Assembly: GCA_964573365.1 (NCBI GenBank)
Contig: CAZNJN010000001.1
Location: 1-32,378 of the forward strand
Direction: 5' to 3'
DNA length: 32,378 bases
Origin: an uncultured Oscillospiraceae bacterium
GTDB taxonomy: Bacteria; Bacillota; Clostridia; Christensenellales; CAG-138
Part shown: positions 1-8,698 of the stretch, piece by piece
Position numbering within the stretch: the first letter of the stretch is position 1
Layout of the letters: each line of letters starts with the position of its first letter
Notes under the pieces: generated by a model
The model's input: the letters and a program-made list of their open reading frames with translations, nothing else
The model's database searches: none
Told to the model about the DNA's origin: nothing
Translations under genes and position numbers: made by a program

Positions 1-26
1 TGGTTTTCACAATTCAATTTTACCAG

Positions 27-73
27 AAAACGGAGCCTTTGTCGCTGCTTTCGCAGCACTTTGGCTCCGTTTT
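27..73. terminator. GC-rich hairpin, possible bidirectional intrinsic terminator at the window edge
   Basis: AAAACGGAGCC (27-37) pairs with GGCTCCGTTTT (63-73), with an inner GCTGC/GCAGC stem (44-48/53-57). An A-run precedes it and a T-run follows, so it could act from either strand. No gene context is visible to the left. Confidence 0.3.
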
Positions 74-125
74 CGTGGCGGGCGTTTTGCTACAGCCCCT
101 TTTTATTGTATACAAACAAATAAAT

Positions 126-146
126 AAAGCCCATGGTTAAGGCTTT
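126..146 (-). terminator. Candidate intrinsic terminator of the rnf-rseC operon
   Basis: AAAGCC/GGCTTT stem with a 9-nt loop. On the minus strand it is followed by ATTTATTTGTTTG, about 65 nt downstream of the rseC stop. Confidence 0.35.
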
Positions 147-211
147 TTGAAATTGTTTGCAGGAATTGTGTTATTTTGTGGCATGATCTTTGCCCGGCAC
201 TCCAGTCAAGC

Positions 212-637
212 TTATGATGACCCTTCTGCGTCTGAATCTTCTGCGATGCCTGTAATACGCGGCTTAAACTGTTTCATTTTTACAAAGCGTGGTTCAAATG
301 CTCGCAGAAGAAAAAAACTTGCCGCAGAAAGGAGAACACCGCCGACTGCCGCATAAATATCACCTAAGGGCGAAAAACAGAGTACGCCAAGCAGCAGCCC
401 CAGAAGCGGAACCCCATACATGATGAGGCTGGCTTTGAATACAGCGCTCTCATGCAGTTCTATCAATACCTTATCCCCTGTCTTTGCGCCGACTGTGTTT
501 TCGAGCATGATTTCCGCTTCATCTTCTCCGTCTTGAAAACATGCGTGGCACTCTCCACACATTTCGCTTCGGGCAAAACGTACCTTCGCCATACCGTTTT
601 GCGTCTGTGTAACGACGCCGCACTGACGTACACTCAT
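212..637 (-). CDS. rseC: RseC/MucC-family membrane protein (SoxR-reducing system component), last gene of the rnf operon
   Basis: N-terminal soluble part carries the Cys cluster C-G-E-C-H-A-C, followed by two hydrophobic helices. ATG at 637 overlaps the rnfB stop (ATGA at 634-637), so the ORF-track start at 697 is probably an over-extension. Confidence 0.75.
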   Translation of the reverse strand: MSVRQCGVVTQTQNGMAKVRFARSEMCGECHACFQDGEDEAEIMLENTVGAKTGDKVLIELHESAVFKASLIMYGVPLLGLLLGVLCFSPLGDIYAAVGGVLLSAASFFLLRAFEPRFVKMKQFKPRITGIAEDSDAEGSS

Positions 638-1431
638 TTCATATCCTTTTCTGTGACGATACACCAATTCGGACATACACTTGCGCAGATCAAACAACCG
701 TTACATTTTTCATCATCGATCACCGCATGCCCGTTTTCGATTCGGATCGCCTGCTCCGGACATTTTTTTACGCACGCGCCGCAGGCAATACATACCTTGA
801 TGCAGTTGTTGCGGGTTGTGCGACCCAAAACCCCATTGTTGCATTTCACATGCGCCTTAGAATCTGCACGGATCAAGTCAATAACCTTACGCGGACAGTA
901 TTGTACGCAAAGGCCGCAACCGACACAGCGAAAATCATCGACAATCGCAACGCCGTTTTTGATTTGTATCGCGTTAAAAGGACAAACCTTCACACAATCA
1001 CCCAGACCGATACAGGCATAGCAGCACATTTTTGGCCCTCCCGCCATGGAAGCGGCCGTAGCGCAGCTCTGATAGCCTTCATAGATATAACGCTCTCTGG
1101 TATTGCCTTCGTTCCCCTGACAGCGTACAAACGCTTTTTTCGGCGTTTCCGGTTCTACCTTCACGCCCATGGTTGCCGCGATCGCTTCCATATTCGCCGA
1201 GGGACATTTCGTAATCGGCGCTTTCCCCGAAAGAATCGCCTCTGCATATGCCGCGCATCCCGCATAGCCGCAGGCGCCGCAGTTTGCTCCGCCCAGCTCA
1301 CTGTTGAGTTTATCCCAACGTTCATCCGTGGGAACCGCAAGCTTTTTATCGGCGGCGGAAAGCACGATGCCAAAGATCAAGCCGATTGTGCCAAGCACAA
1401 GTACGGCGATAATAACATTTACCCAGTTCAT
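634..1431 (-). CDS. rnfB: Rnf electron transport complex subunit B (polyferredoxin)
   Basis: N-terminal TM helix, the GGANCGACGYAGC motif, and several CxxCxxCxxxCP 4Fe-4S ferredoxin motifs. It lies directly after rnfA. Confidence 0.92.
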   Translation of the reverse strand: MNWVNVIIAVLVLGTIGLIFGIVLSAADKKLAVPTDERWDKLNSELGGANCGACGYAGCAAYAEAILSGKAPITKCPSANMEAIAATMGVKVEPETPKKAFVRCQGNEGNTRERYIYEGYQSCATAASMAGGPKMCCYACIGLGDCVKVCPFNAIQIKNGVAIVDDFRCVGCGLCVQYCPRKVIDLIRADSKAHVKCNNGVLGRTTRNNCIKVCIACGACVKKCPEQAIRIENGHAVIDDEKCNGCLICASVCPNWCIVTEKDMK

Positions 1432-1434
1432 AAT

Positions 1435-2022
1435 TTATCCTCCCAAGCCCGAAAAGCCCATAAATGCCACGCTCATCAGTCCCGCAATAATCAGCGATAT
1501 GGGGAACCCTCGAAGCGGTTTGGGAATATCCGATACCTCCAGCCTTTCACGGACGCCCGCCATTAAAACAATCGCCAGTAAAAAGCCAAGCGCACCGAAT
1601 ACGCCGTTAAGCACGGAATAAAGAAGATTGTATTCATTATTCACATTAAGGATCGTTACACCCAGTACGGCGCAGTTTGTGGTGATGAGCGGCAGATAAA
1701 TTCCCAAGGACTTATAAAGCGACGGGCTGCTCTTTTTTATAAACATTTCGACAAGCTGTACAAGGCTTGCAATGACCAGAATGAAACTGACCGTGCTTAA
1801 AAACTCAAGCTTGAGCGGAATGAGGATCAGATGATAAACCAGCCATGTAAAAAGCGAGGCAAGTCCCATGACAAAGGTAACTGCCAAGCCCATGCCCGCC
1901 GCAGTCTCTATTTTTCCAGAAACGCCTAAAAAGGGGCAGCAGCCCAGAAAGCGCGAAAAGATAAAATTATGGCTGAGCACGCAACTGAGCATAAACAGCA
2001 GAACTTTCCAAATCTCGTTCAT
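1435..2022 (-). CDS. rnfA: Rnf complex subunit A
   Basis: 195-aa polytopic protein with RnfA/RsxA hallmarks ([36 protein letters not shown]). ATGA overlap with the rnfE stop. Confidence 0.93.
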   Translation of the reverse strand: MNEIWKVLLFMLSCVLSHNFIFSRFLGCCPFLGVSGKIETAAGMGLAVTFVMGLASLFTWLVYHLILIPLKLEFLSTVSFILVIASLVQLVEMFIKKSSPSLYKSLGIYLPLITTNCAVLGVTILNVNNEYNLLYSVLNGVFGALGFLLAIVLMAGVRERLEVSDIPKPLRGFPISLIIAGLMSVAFMGFSGLGG

Positions 2023-2660
2023 AGTGACGCCTCCTCCTTTTCAAGCTTTCTTCTTTCCATCTTTGCACTGATCGCGTTTGCAATCCCCAATACGCTTCCG
2101 AAAACAATGAAGCCGCCGGGAGCCAATATCATCATCACCATGGGCTCATAAGCCGCGCCCATTACGTTGATGCCAAATATAGTGCCCGCGCCAATCACCT
2201 CTCGAATACAGCCGATCAGCGTTATGGCTAAGGTAAAGCCCAGACCCATACCCAGACCGTCTACCATCGAAAGGAAAACATTGTTTTTACTTGCGAATGC
2301 CTCCGCGCGCGCAAGAATAATGCAGTTGACCGCGATTAAGGGTATAAACATGCCTAAGCTTGTATATAGATCCGGCAAGTAAGCCTGCATGAGCATCTGC
2401 ACCATCGTCACAAAGGTGCAGATCACCACGATAAATACGGGTATGCGCACTTTTTGCGGCACAATATTTCGGAGCAGGGATATAACAGCGTTAGAACCGA
2501 TCAACACAAAGGTCGCTGCAAGTCCCATACCGATTCCGTTGAGGGCGCTGGTCGTTACGGCAATCGTGGGGCAGGTTCCCAGCACCAGACGAAACGTCGG
2601 GTTTTCCGTAAGTATGCCATTAAGAAAGACGCCGCCTACGCTTTTTTTCTTCTCGTTCAT
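2019..2660 (-). CDS. rnfE: Rnf complex subunit E
   Basis: 213-aa membrane protein with RnfE/RsxE hallmarks ([35 protein letters not shown]). ATGA overlap with the rnfD stop. Confidence 0.93.
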   Translation of the reverse strand: MNEKKKSVGGVFLNGILTENPTFRLVLGTCPTIAVTTSALNGIGMGLAATFVLIGSNAVISLLRNIVPQKVRIPVFIVVICTFVTMVQMLMQAYLPDLYTSLGMFIPLIAVNCIILARAEAFASKNNVFLSMVDGLGMGLGFTLAITLIGCIREVIGAGTIFGINVMGAAYEPMVMMILAPGGFIVFGSVLGIANAISAKMERRKLEKEEASL

Positions 2661-3592
2661 TTTACCTTTTCCGCCTTTCCGCCATACATCCTCACGCGCA
2701 CGTATTTATCGATCAGGGGCGTAGCAATGTTCATAAGCAGGATCGCATAGGTAACGCCCTCCGGATAAGTCCCGAAGGCGCGTATCAGCGCGACGATAAA
2801 CCCGCAGCCTGCGCCAAATATCATTTGTCCCCGCGCGGTCATGGGCGTCGTCGTATAGTCGGTCGCCATAAAGAACGCGCCGAAAAGCAAGCCGCCCGAG
2901 AGTAGACCCGTTATAGGAGCGCTGCCAAATATCCACGCAAAAAGCAGATATGCGGCAATAAAGCAGCATGGTATATAATAGCGTATCACGCCGCGCAGCA
3001 GCAGATACGCCGCACCCAAGAGAACCGCCGCCTTGCAGACCTCGCCGATACAGCCGGGAATGTCGCCGATAAACAGCTCAAGGAGCGTCGCGCTTCCGCC
3101 TTGAAGCGGCGTAGCAAACGAAATCGCGTCAGCGCTGTTGAAGATACGCGGATATACGAAGCTTGTCATGCGTACCGGCCAGCTCGTGAGCAAAATCGCG
3201 CGCGCGGCAAGCGCAGGATTCATAAAATTATGGCCTATACCACCAAATAGCTGTTTTACAATAATGATCGCGATCGCGCTTCCAATCATGCACATCCATG
3301 TCGGCGCCGTTGGCGGAAGATTCAGTCCAAGGATCAAGCCTGTTACAACGGCGGAAAGATCGCGTATACGCACCGGCTTTTGCGCAATCCTCTGAAAAAA
3401 GTATTCGCTGAGCACCGCAGCGGTCGTCGTGCTGATCAAAACGCGGGCAGCGTCTATGCCGAAGTAAACGATACCCACAATGACGCAGGGCAGCAAAGCG
3501 AGAATTACATCGAGCATAATGGTACGGGCGCTCTGCTTACAATGAATGTGCGGCGCAGTGGAAAGATGCAAAGTCATTTCTTGCTTATCCAT
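2657..3592 (-). CDS. rnfD: Rnf complex subunit D
   Basis: Polytopic NqrB/RnfD-like protein (HLSTAPHIH, FATPL, MATDYTTTP). The start is taken at ATG 3592, which overlaps the rnfC stop (TAATG). The 37 codons upstream in the ORF track lie inside rnfC. Confidence 0.9.
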   Translation of the reverse strand: MDKQEMTLHLSTAPHIHCKQSARTIMLDVILALLPCVIVGIVYFGIDAARVLISTTTAAVLSEYFFQRIAQKPVRIRDLSAVVTGLILGLNLPPTAPTWMCMIGSAIAIIIVKQLFGGIGHNFMNPALAARAILLTSWPVRMTSFVYPRIFNSADAISFATPLQGGSATLLELFIGDIPGCIGEVCKAAVLLGAAYLLLRGVIRYYIPCCFIAAYLLFAWIFGSAPITGLLSGGLLFGAFFMATDYTTTPMTARGQMIFGAGCGFIVALIRAFGTYPEGVTYAILLMNIATPLIDKYVRVRMYGGKAEKVK

Positions 3593-4929
3593 TACTTCTT
3601 CTCCTTTCCCTTCGCGGCAATGATTTGTCTTGCCGTGCGGAAAGACGTAGTCAGCCAGCGTCTGGAAGGACAAATATAGGCGCAGCAGCCGCACATGATG
3701 CACTCCATCACATGTAGCTTTTCCGCAGCTTCATAATCCTCATGGTCGCAGTAATACTTGATTAAAAACGGATCAAGCCCAATCGGGCAGACCTGCGCGC
3801 AGCGTGCGCAGCGTATACAAGGCTGCTCCTCGTTTGTCTGCGCTTCTTTTTTATTCATTACAAGAATGCCGCCACAGCCTTTGGTGATCGATACTTCATC
3901 ATCCGGCGCGCAAATGCCTGTCATGGCGCCGCCCGCTATGATTTTTCCCGGCTCCTGCGCATAGCCGCCGCAGCGCTCCACCACCTCATGGATCGTCGTG
4001 CCGATACGCACGCGAAGATTTTGTGGAAACCGCACACGCCCCGTTACCGTGGTGATGCGTTCGATCAGTGGCTTACCTAGCTGAACCGCATCCGAGATTG
4101 CAGCAGTCGTTGCGGCGTTAATTACAACCGTATTTACGTCAATCGGAAGCTTAAAGGGCGGCACTTCTTTTCCCGCGACCGCTTTGATGAGCTGTTTTTC
4201 ACTTCCCTGTGGATATTTTGTCGGCATTACAATGACAGAAACACCCTCGCGTCCCTTTACGCATTCCTGCAGAACGCGAATTGCCTGCGGCTTGTTGTCC
4301 TCAACAGCAATCACGCCCCGCTTTACGCGAAGCGCGCGCATAACAGCGCGTAAACCGTTGACAACTCTTTCAGGCGTTTCGAGCATCAGTCTATAGTCCG
4401 AGGTCAAGTGCGTTTCGCATTCGGCGCCGTTTACAATGATAAGGTCGCAACGCTTTCCCTCTGGAATGCTGAGTTTCACATGCGTCGGGAATGTCGCGCC
4501 GCCCATACCGCAGATGCCCGCGTTTCGTATCGCCGGTATCACCTCGTCCGGATCGACCTCCTCAACGTTCCCTAGCGGCGTGAGCGCCACCCACTCATCT
4601 TGAAAATCGTTCTCAATGGTAAGCGTCGGTACAGGCATACCGCCAAATTGTATTTTTGCGTCCGCCGCCGTAATCTTACCCGATACGCTCGCGTGGATCG
4701 GCAAACCGAGAGCGCCCTTAGGCGTGGCGATAAGCTGTCCCAGCTTTACCGTATCCCCAATCTGAACGCAGGGTTCGCTAGGCGCGCCGATATGCATCTG
4801 CATGGGAATGACGACCTTTTGGGGGATGTAGGATCGCACCGCCAGCTCCTGCGTAAAAATCTTGCCCTCGTGCGTGTCCCTTTCCTTCTGCATCGGAAAT
4901 ACGCCGCCTCGAAACGTATTCTTCATCAT
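3592..4929 (-). CDS. rnfC: Rnf complex subunit C (NADH-binding, 2x[4Fe-4S])
   Basis: 445 aa with GGVFP at the N-terminus, the nucleotide/FMN region GMGGATFPTHVKL, and two CxxCxxCxxxCP motifs near the C-terminus. Confidence 0.93.
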   Translation of the reverse strand: MMKNTFRGGVFPMQKERDTHEGKIFTQELAVRSYIPQKVVIPMQMHIGAPSEPCVQIGDTVKLGQLIATPKGALGLPIHASVSGKITAADAKIQFGGMPVPTLTIENDFQDEWVALTPLGNVEEVDPDEVIPAIRNAGICGMGGATFPTHVKLSIPEGKRCDLIIVNGAECETHLTSDYRLMLETPERVVNGLRAVMRALRVKRGVIAVEDNKPQAIRVLQECVKGREGVSVIVMPTKYPQGSEKQLIKAVAGKEVPPFKLPIDVNTVVINAATTAAISDAVQLGKPLIERITTVTGRVRFPQNLRVRIGTTIHEVVERCGGYAQEPGKIIAGGAMTGICAPDDEVSITKGCGGILVMNKKEAQTNEEQPCIRCARCAQVCPIGLDPFLIKYYCDHEDYEAAEKLHVMECIMCGCCAYICPSRRWLTTSFRTARQIIAAKGKEKK

Positions 4930-5474
4930 TGTGCCTCACCTCCAAGCAAGCGGACAAATTCCGCCGCCTCATTGACCGCCTTGACGACCGCGCCGGAGCT
5001 GATCGAAGCGCCGGTAACAGCGTCGATGTCCATTTTTAGCGTAAGGGGAGTCTTTTTCCCTGAAAACTGCGAAATGAACGCGGGCTGCTTTGTGTTGGCG
5101 CCCAGCCCCGCAGTCTCGGCAAATTTGCTGCCGCCTACCGTGATGCCGGTAATTTCGCCGTCCGTCTTGATGCCCGAGATCACCTCGATGGGTCCGCCAT
5201 AGCCCTGCTCGTTGACCGTGCACACATAGCCGATGATCGACGAGTCTTTCATAGCGGCATAGCATTCGTCGATGCCCTGCTCATCTCCATGCTCAAGCGT
5301 GACCACGGAAAATGAGTCCGCCTCCGAAAATACAGCATTTCTTGCCGCCTCTTTTTCTTCTAGGCTCCGCTGCATAATCATTTCAGCCGTCATTTCATTT
5401 GTCGCCCCCAAAAGGAAAGCCGCACTCATTGTGATGAGCCATAAAATCAGCCAAGCCGGTGGTTTGCGTTTCAT
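4926..5474 (-). CDS. rnfG: FMN-binding Rnf subunit G, encoded first in the operon
   Basis: N-terminal membrane anchor plus an FMN_bind-type domain ending in the flavinylation-type motif D-A-V-T-G-A-S-I-S. Its stop overlaps the rnfC ATG (ATGA). The start is chosen at ATG 5474 (SD GAAGGAA 4 nt upstream), because the ORF-track start at 5537 lies upstream of the promoter -10. Confidence 0.8.
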   Translation of the reverse strand: MKRKPPAWLILWLITMSAAFLLGATNEMTAEMIMQRSLEEKEAARNAVFSEADSFSVVTLEHGDEQGIDECYAAMKDSSIIGYVCTVNEQGYGGPIEVISGIKTDGEITGITVGGSKFAETAGLGANTKQPAFISQFSGKKTPLTLKMDIDAVTGASISSGAVVKAVNEAAEFVRLLGGEAQ

Positions 5475-5521
5475 ATTTCCTTCTTTCATTTTTTTACACA
5501 TAAAAAATCCCGTTTTACATA

Positions 5522-5550
5522 ATATTACGGGTTCCATTCGGCATTGTCAA
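5522..5550 (-). promoter_or_regulatory. Sigma-70/SigA-type promoter of the rnf operon
   Basis: On the minus strand: TTGACA (5550-5545), a 17-nt spacer, then TAATAT (5527-5522). It sits about 45 nt upstream of the rnfG ATG. Confidence 0.55.
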
Positions 5551-5619
5551 TGGATTGTGTCACATTTTGTTAAAATAATATCTTGTTTGTTAATTATATA
5601 TCATTGATAGTATCATGAG

Positions 5620-8577
5620 TCATAGTTTTTTTACTGTTTGCATGATATATTGGTTCTTACCGGCCTCTTTTGCGCAGCGAAGCGCGTCCTCCGCCTTTGC
5701 GTATGCATTTGCGAGGCTGTCCTCCTCGCTCGCAATCATTGTGGCGCCGATGCTGCAGCTAAGCTTTCCATCGGCAGGCAGTGATATGCAGGCACAGAGA
5801 TTCAATATATTTGCGGCCAGCTCCGCCGTCTTTTCTTCGCTGTTAATGTTGGCGATAAAAGCTAAATAAGAATCTCCCTCGGCGCGTGCGACAACACCGT
5901 TTTCCCCTATCACATGCTGAATTCTCTGCGCGCATTCTTTAATAATCGCATCGCCGAATATATGTCCGCATTCTTCGTTAATAGCCCCGAGATTATCGAT
6001 ATCGATCAAAAACAAGGCTGCGGTATTCTCGTGTCTACGAAGCTTATTTTGAATGATATTCTCCGCGCTTGCTCTAGTGAGCAAGCCGCTAAGCGAATCG
6101 TATATCCTGCTTTCGTGATCTACGTCAAGCGGTTGGATCTCCTCATGGACGTCCGCCGCCTTGCCAAAGACGCGGTACACATTGCCCTCATGATCCGCAA
6201 GGCTTTTTACATGTGCGCGATACCACCTGTATGCATCACGATTTTCTCGTTTGACGCGAAGCAATACCTCGCCGTACTGTGGCGCCTTCAAATAGGCATA
6301 TAGCTGTCGCTCCACCGTTTCTCGCCCAGCATCATCCAAAAACGTGTATTTTTTAATATTTTGTGTATATTGATATAGTTTTTTTACATAGTGTTCGCCT
6401 TTTTCGTTCACAAAAAACATACGCATCACGTCGCTGACGACATCATAATCAAATGCGAACGTATCGCTTCCGCTGAGCAGCATTTCGTATATGTTTCGTT
6501 GTATCTCTCTTTCCCTTAACGCTTCCGCGTCCGGATGGCTCTGCGCGCCGTTTCCGTACATGCGGATGCTCTCGGCAAGATCGGCAATTTGCTCCTTAGC
6601 GTCCGCCAATTGAGCCTGTAACCTTTTCATTTCCGTAATATCGCGGTAGGTCACGCAAAATATGCCGTGATCCTTTGTACCACCCAAAAACGCAAAGCTG
6701 CAATCCAACCACATAAGATGACCATCCGCATGATAGTCTGTGATGACGGCTCTTTGCGTAATGCCCATATCGGCCGCCCGCATAAAGACGTTTTTCTCTT
6801 TTTCTTGTTCTTTTTTATCCATTTTTTCCCAGACGTTTTGAGAAAAATTCGCAAATGTATCCGGTGAATAACCGAATATTTCATAGTATCCTCGGCTGAC
6901 CCGGATCAACTCCAGACGGTCGCCCGAAAGCTCTAAAAGCGCGATCCCGCCATCAAAGGAATCCAAAATATCATTTACGACTCGGTTCCCGCCCAAATAG
7001 ATGTCGCTGTCAAAAGCCTTGTCCTCCACCGGCTTGAGCTCGCTGGGAATTTGTCTGTAGTTTGCCAGATAATCTTCAAACTGATCGTAGGGCATCGGCT
7101 TTGCAAAGTAATAGCCTTGTATCCAGTCACAGCCGATACTATGCAAGAACGAAATCTGTTCGCTTGTCTCCACGCCCTCCGCGATAACGGGTATGCTGAG
7201 CCAACGCGCCATGCGAAGGACAGCGGCAATAATGCTGCCAGCTCTTGTCGATTTTTCAAAGCCTTCCAAAAATTTCATGTCGATCTTCAAAATATCAACC
7301 GGCAATTCCTTGAGCATGTTTAAGGAAGAATAGCCGCTGCCAAAGTCATCCATCATAATCGTGAAGCCATGCGCCCGCAAAATCTGCACCGTATGTGACA
7401 TTTGCTCAATATTGTCGATATACGCAGATTCCGTTACCTCAAGCTTCAAAAGCGAAGGGTCGATAGAGTATTTGTCCACGAGCGCGATGATCTCATCCGC
7501 GACGCCCGCGTTGTATATGCTCTTTCGGGATAGGTTGACCGAAAAAGGAATCTCCCTTTTCCCTTGATCCATGCGTTCACGCAAAAGTCTGCACGTTTCT
7601 TCCCAGACATAGTGATCCAGCTTTTCGATAAACCCATTCTTTTCAAATACAGGAATAAACGCTCCCGGCGTTATAAGTCCACGTTGGGGATGCTGCCAGC
7701 GTACCAAAACTTCGGCACTTTGTGGCTCTCCGTTTGACAGGCTGTGAACCGGCTGTAAAAATAAGACGAATTGCTTTTCTGTGATTGCGTTTTCCATTTC
7801 CGCGGCAATTTGTATCTCGTAGGCGATGGTATTGCGCAGCTTTTCATCATAAAACGCATAATGCGAATAAGGGTCGGCCTTGGCTACCGCCAGCGCCATA
7901 TTTGCCTTTTCGCACATCTGCTCAATCGGCATATCGGCATCGTCATTTTCATAAATTCCATACTTAAGTGACACCCGAAAGTCGATCCCGTATTCCGCCA
8001 AGTTTGTCGTCGCCATCAAGCGATCTGCGACTTGCTTTGTCATTTTTCCGGGTATACAAATCACAAATTTGTCATTTTCAAAGCGAGCGCACAAACCTCC
8101 AAGCTCTTTTTCCGCATTTTTCAAATACTTACTTAGCAGTATCAAAACACGGTCGCCTACATCGTTGCCGAGCAAGCCGTTCACCATCCGAAAACGGCAA
8201 ATATCGCAATACAAAAGCGTGTAGGCTTCCGCGCTTCTTTTGGCAAAATACTCGGTCGCTTTGATCGAAAAGCCAGTTTTGTTGTAAAGACCGGTCAATG
8301 CATCATGCTCGAAGCGGTAACGCATTTGATCCTGTATAATCTTTTCTCTTTCTTTTCGCTGTTTTTCTTCCGTAATATCAAAAATCGCGATCAAAACGGC
8401 GTTTTCCTGTCGTTCGCCGATCGTCATGCTCTTGAACGTGGCGTGAATCCATAATACATGCCGGGTCAAACTCAAAAGCTCAAATTCCCTGTTGATTTCA
8501 TTTTTGCAGGCCAGCGAAGCATCTATGAGCGCCTGCCGCACCTCATCTCTGTATACTTCAAAAACCAAGCTGATCAA
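5620..8577 (-). CDS. c-di-GMP signalling protein: partial PAS, degenerate GGDEF, EAL, PAS, PAS-like, degenerate GGDEF
   Basis: - First GGDEF fold has R-F-E-N-D at the signature position (8071-8085).
- EAL domain has E-V-T (7432-7440), DDFGSGYSS, KIDMKF, EGVET and QGYYFAKP.
- C-terminal GGDEF fold has E-G-D-S-Y (5866-5880).
- The callable start is TTG at 8577, but the frame stays open to 8832 without any ATG/GTG/TTG and encodes the missing N-terminal half of the first PAS domain. Confidence 0.85.
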   Translation of the reverse strand: MISLVFEVYRDEVRQALIDASLACKNEINREFELLSLTRHVLWIHATFKSMTIGERQENAVLIAIFDITEEKQRKEREKIIQDQMRYRFEHDALTGLYNKTGFSIKATEYFAKRSAEAYTLLYCDICRFRMVNGLLGNDVGDRVLILLSKYLKNAEKELGGLCARFENDKFVICIPGKMTKQVADRLMATTNLAEYGIDFRVSLKYGIYENDDADMPIEQMCEKANMALAVAKADPYSHYAFYDEKLRNTIAYEIQIAAEMENAITEKQFVLFLQPVHSLSNGEPQSAEVLVRWQHPQRGLITPGAFIPVFEKNGFIEKLDHYVWEETCRLLRERMDQGKREIPFSVNLSRKSIYNAGVADEIIALVDKYSIDPSLLKLEVTESAYIDNIEQMSHTVQILRAHGFTIMMDDFGSGYSSLNMLKELPVDILKIDMKFLEGFEKSTRAGSIIAAVLRMARWLSIPVIAEGVETSEQISFLHSIGCDWIQGYYFAKPMPYDQFEDYLANYRQIPSELKPVEDKAFDSDIYLGGNRVVNDILDSFDGGIALLELSGDRLELIRVSRGYYEIFGYSPDTFANFSQNVWEKMDKKEQEKEKNVFMRAADMGITQRAVITDYHADGHLMWLDCSFAFLGGTKDHGIFCVTYRDITEMKRLQAQLADAKEQIADLAESIRMYGNGAQSHPDAEALREREIQRNIYEMLLSGSDTFAFDYDVVSDVMRMFFVNEKGEHYVKKLYQYTQNIKKYTFLDDAGRETVERQLYAYLKAPQYGEVLLRVKRENRDAYRWYRAHVKSLADHEGNVYRVFGKAADVHEEIQPLDVDHESRIYDSLSGLLTRASAENIIQNKLRRHENTAALFLIDIDNLGAINEECGHIFGDAIIKECAQRIQHVIGENGVVARAEGDSYLAFIANINSEEKTAELAANILNLCACISLPADGKLSCSIGATMIASEEDSLANAYAKAEDALRCAKEAGKNQYIMQTVKKL

Positions 8578-8698
8578 AGGAGTTTCTTTGATTACACCAT
8601 TTTGAGAAAAGCCAAGTATTGCATTGTATTTTTCGTTTTTATAGTAGTAAGCGCCGCAATCGCCTACATCGCAAACGGCGACGCCATAGGGAAGAAGC

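Noticed and set aside
147-356. 69-aa plus-strand ORF at the left edge.
   Set aside because: It overlaps the 3' end of rseC in antisense, has no SD and no recognisable motif, and begins inside the terminator region.
727-1566. Long plus-strand ORF (279 aa) across rnfB/rnfA. Similar long antisense ORFs lie at 10977-12231, 15838-16746 and 25369-26313.
   Set aside because: Each lies entirely antisense to a gene with unmistakable family motifs (Rnf, histidine kinase, M20, P-type ATPase). Their translations are low-complexity and R/S/C/F-rich with no recognisable motifs and no SD. They are shadow ORFs.
5509-5531. CCCGT/ACGGG hairpin followed by T6 on the minus strand, considered as a terminator of the GGDEF/EAL gene.
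   Set aside because: The stem is only 5 bp with a 13-nt loop, and it overlaps the -10 and transcription start region of the much better supported rnf promoter.
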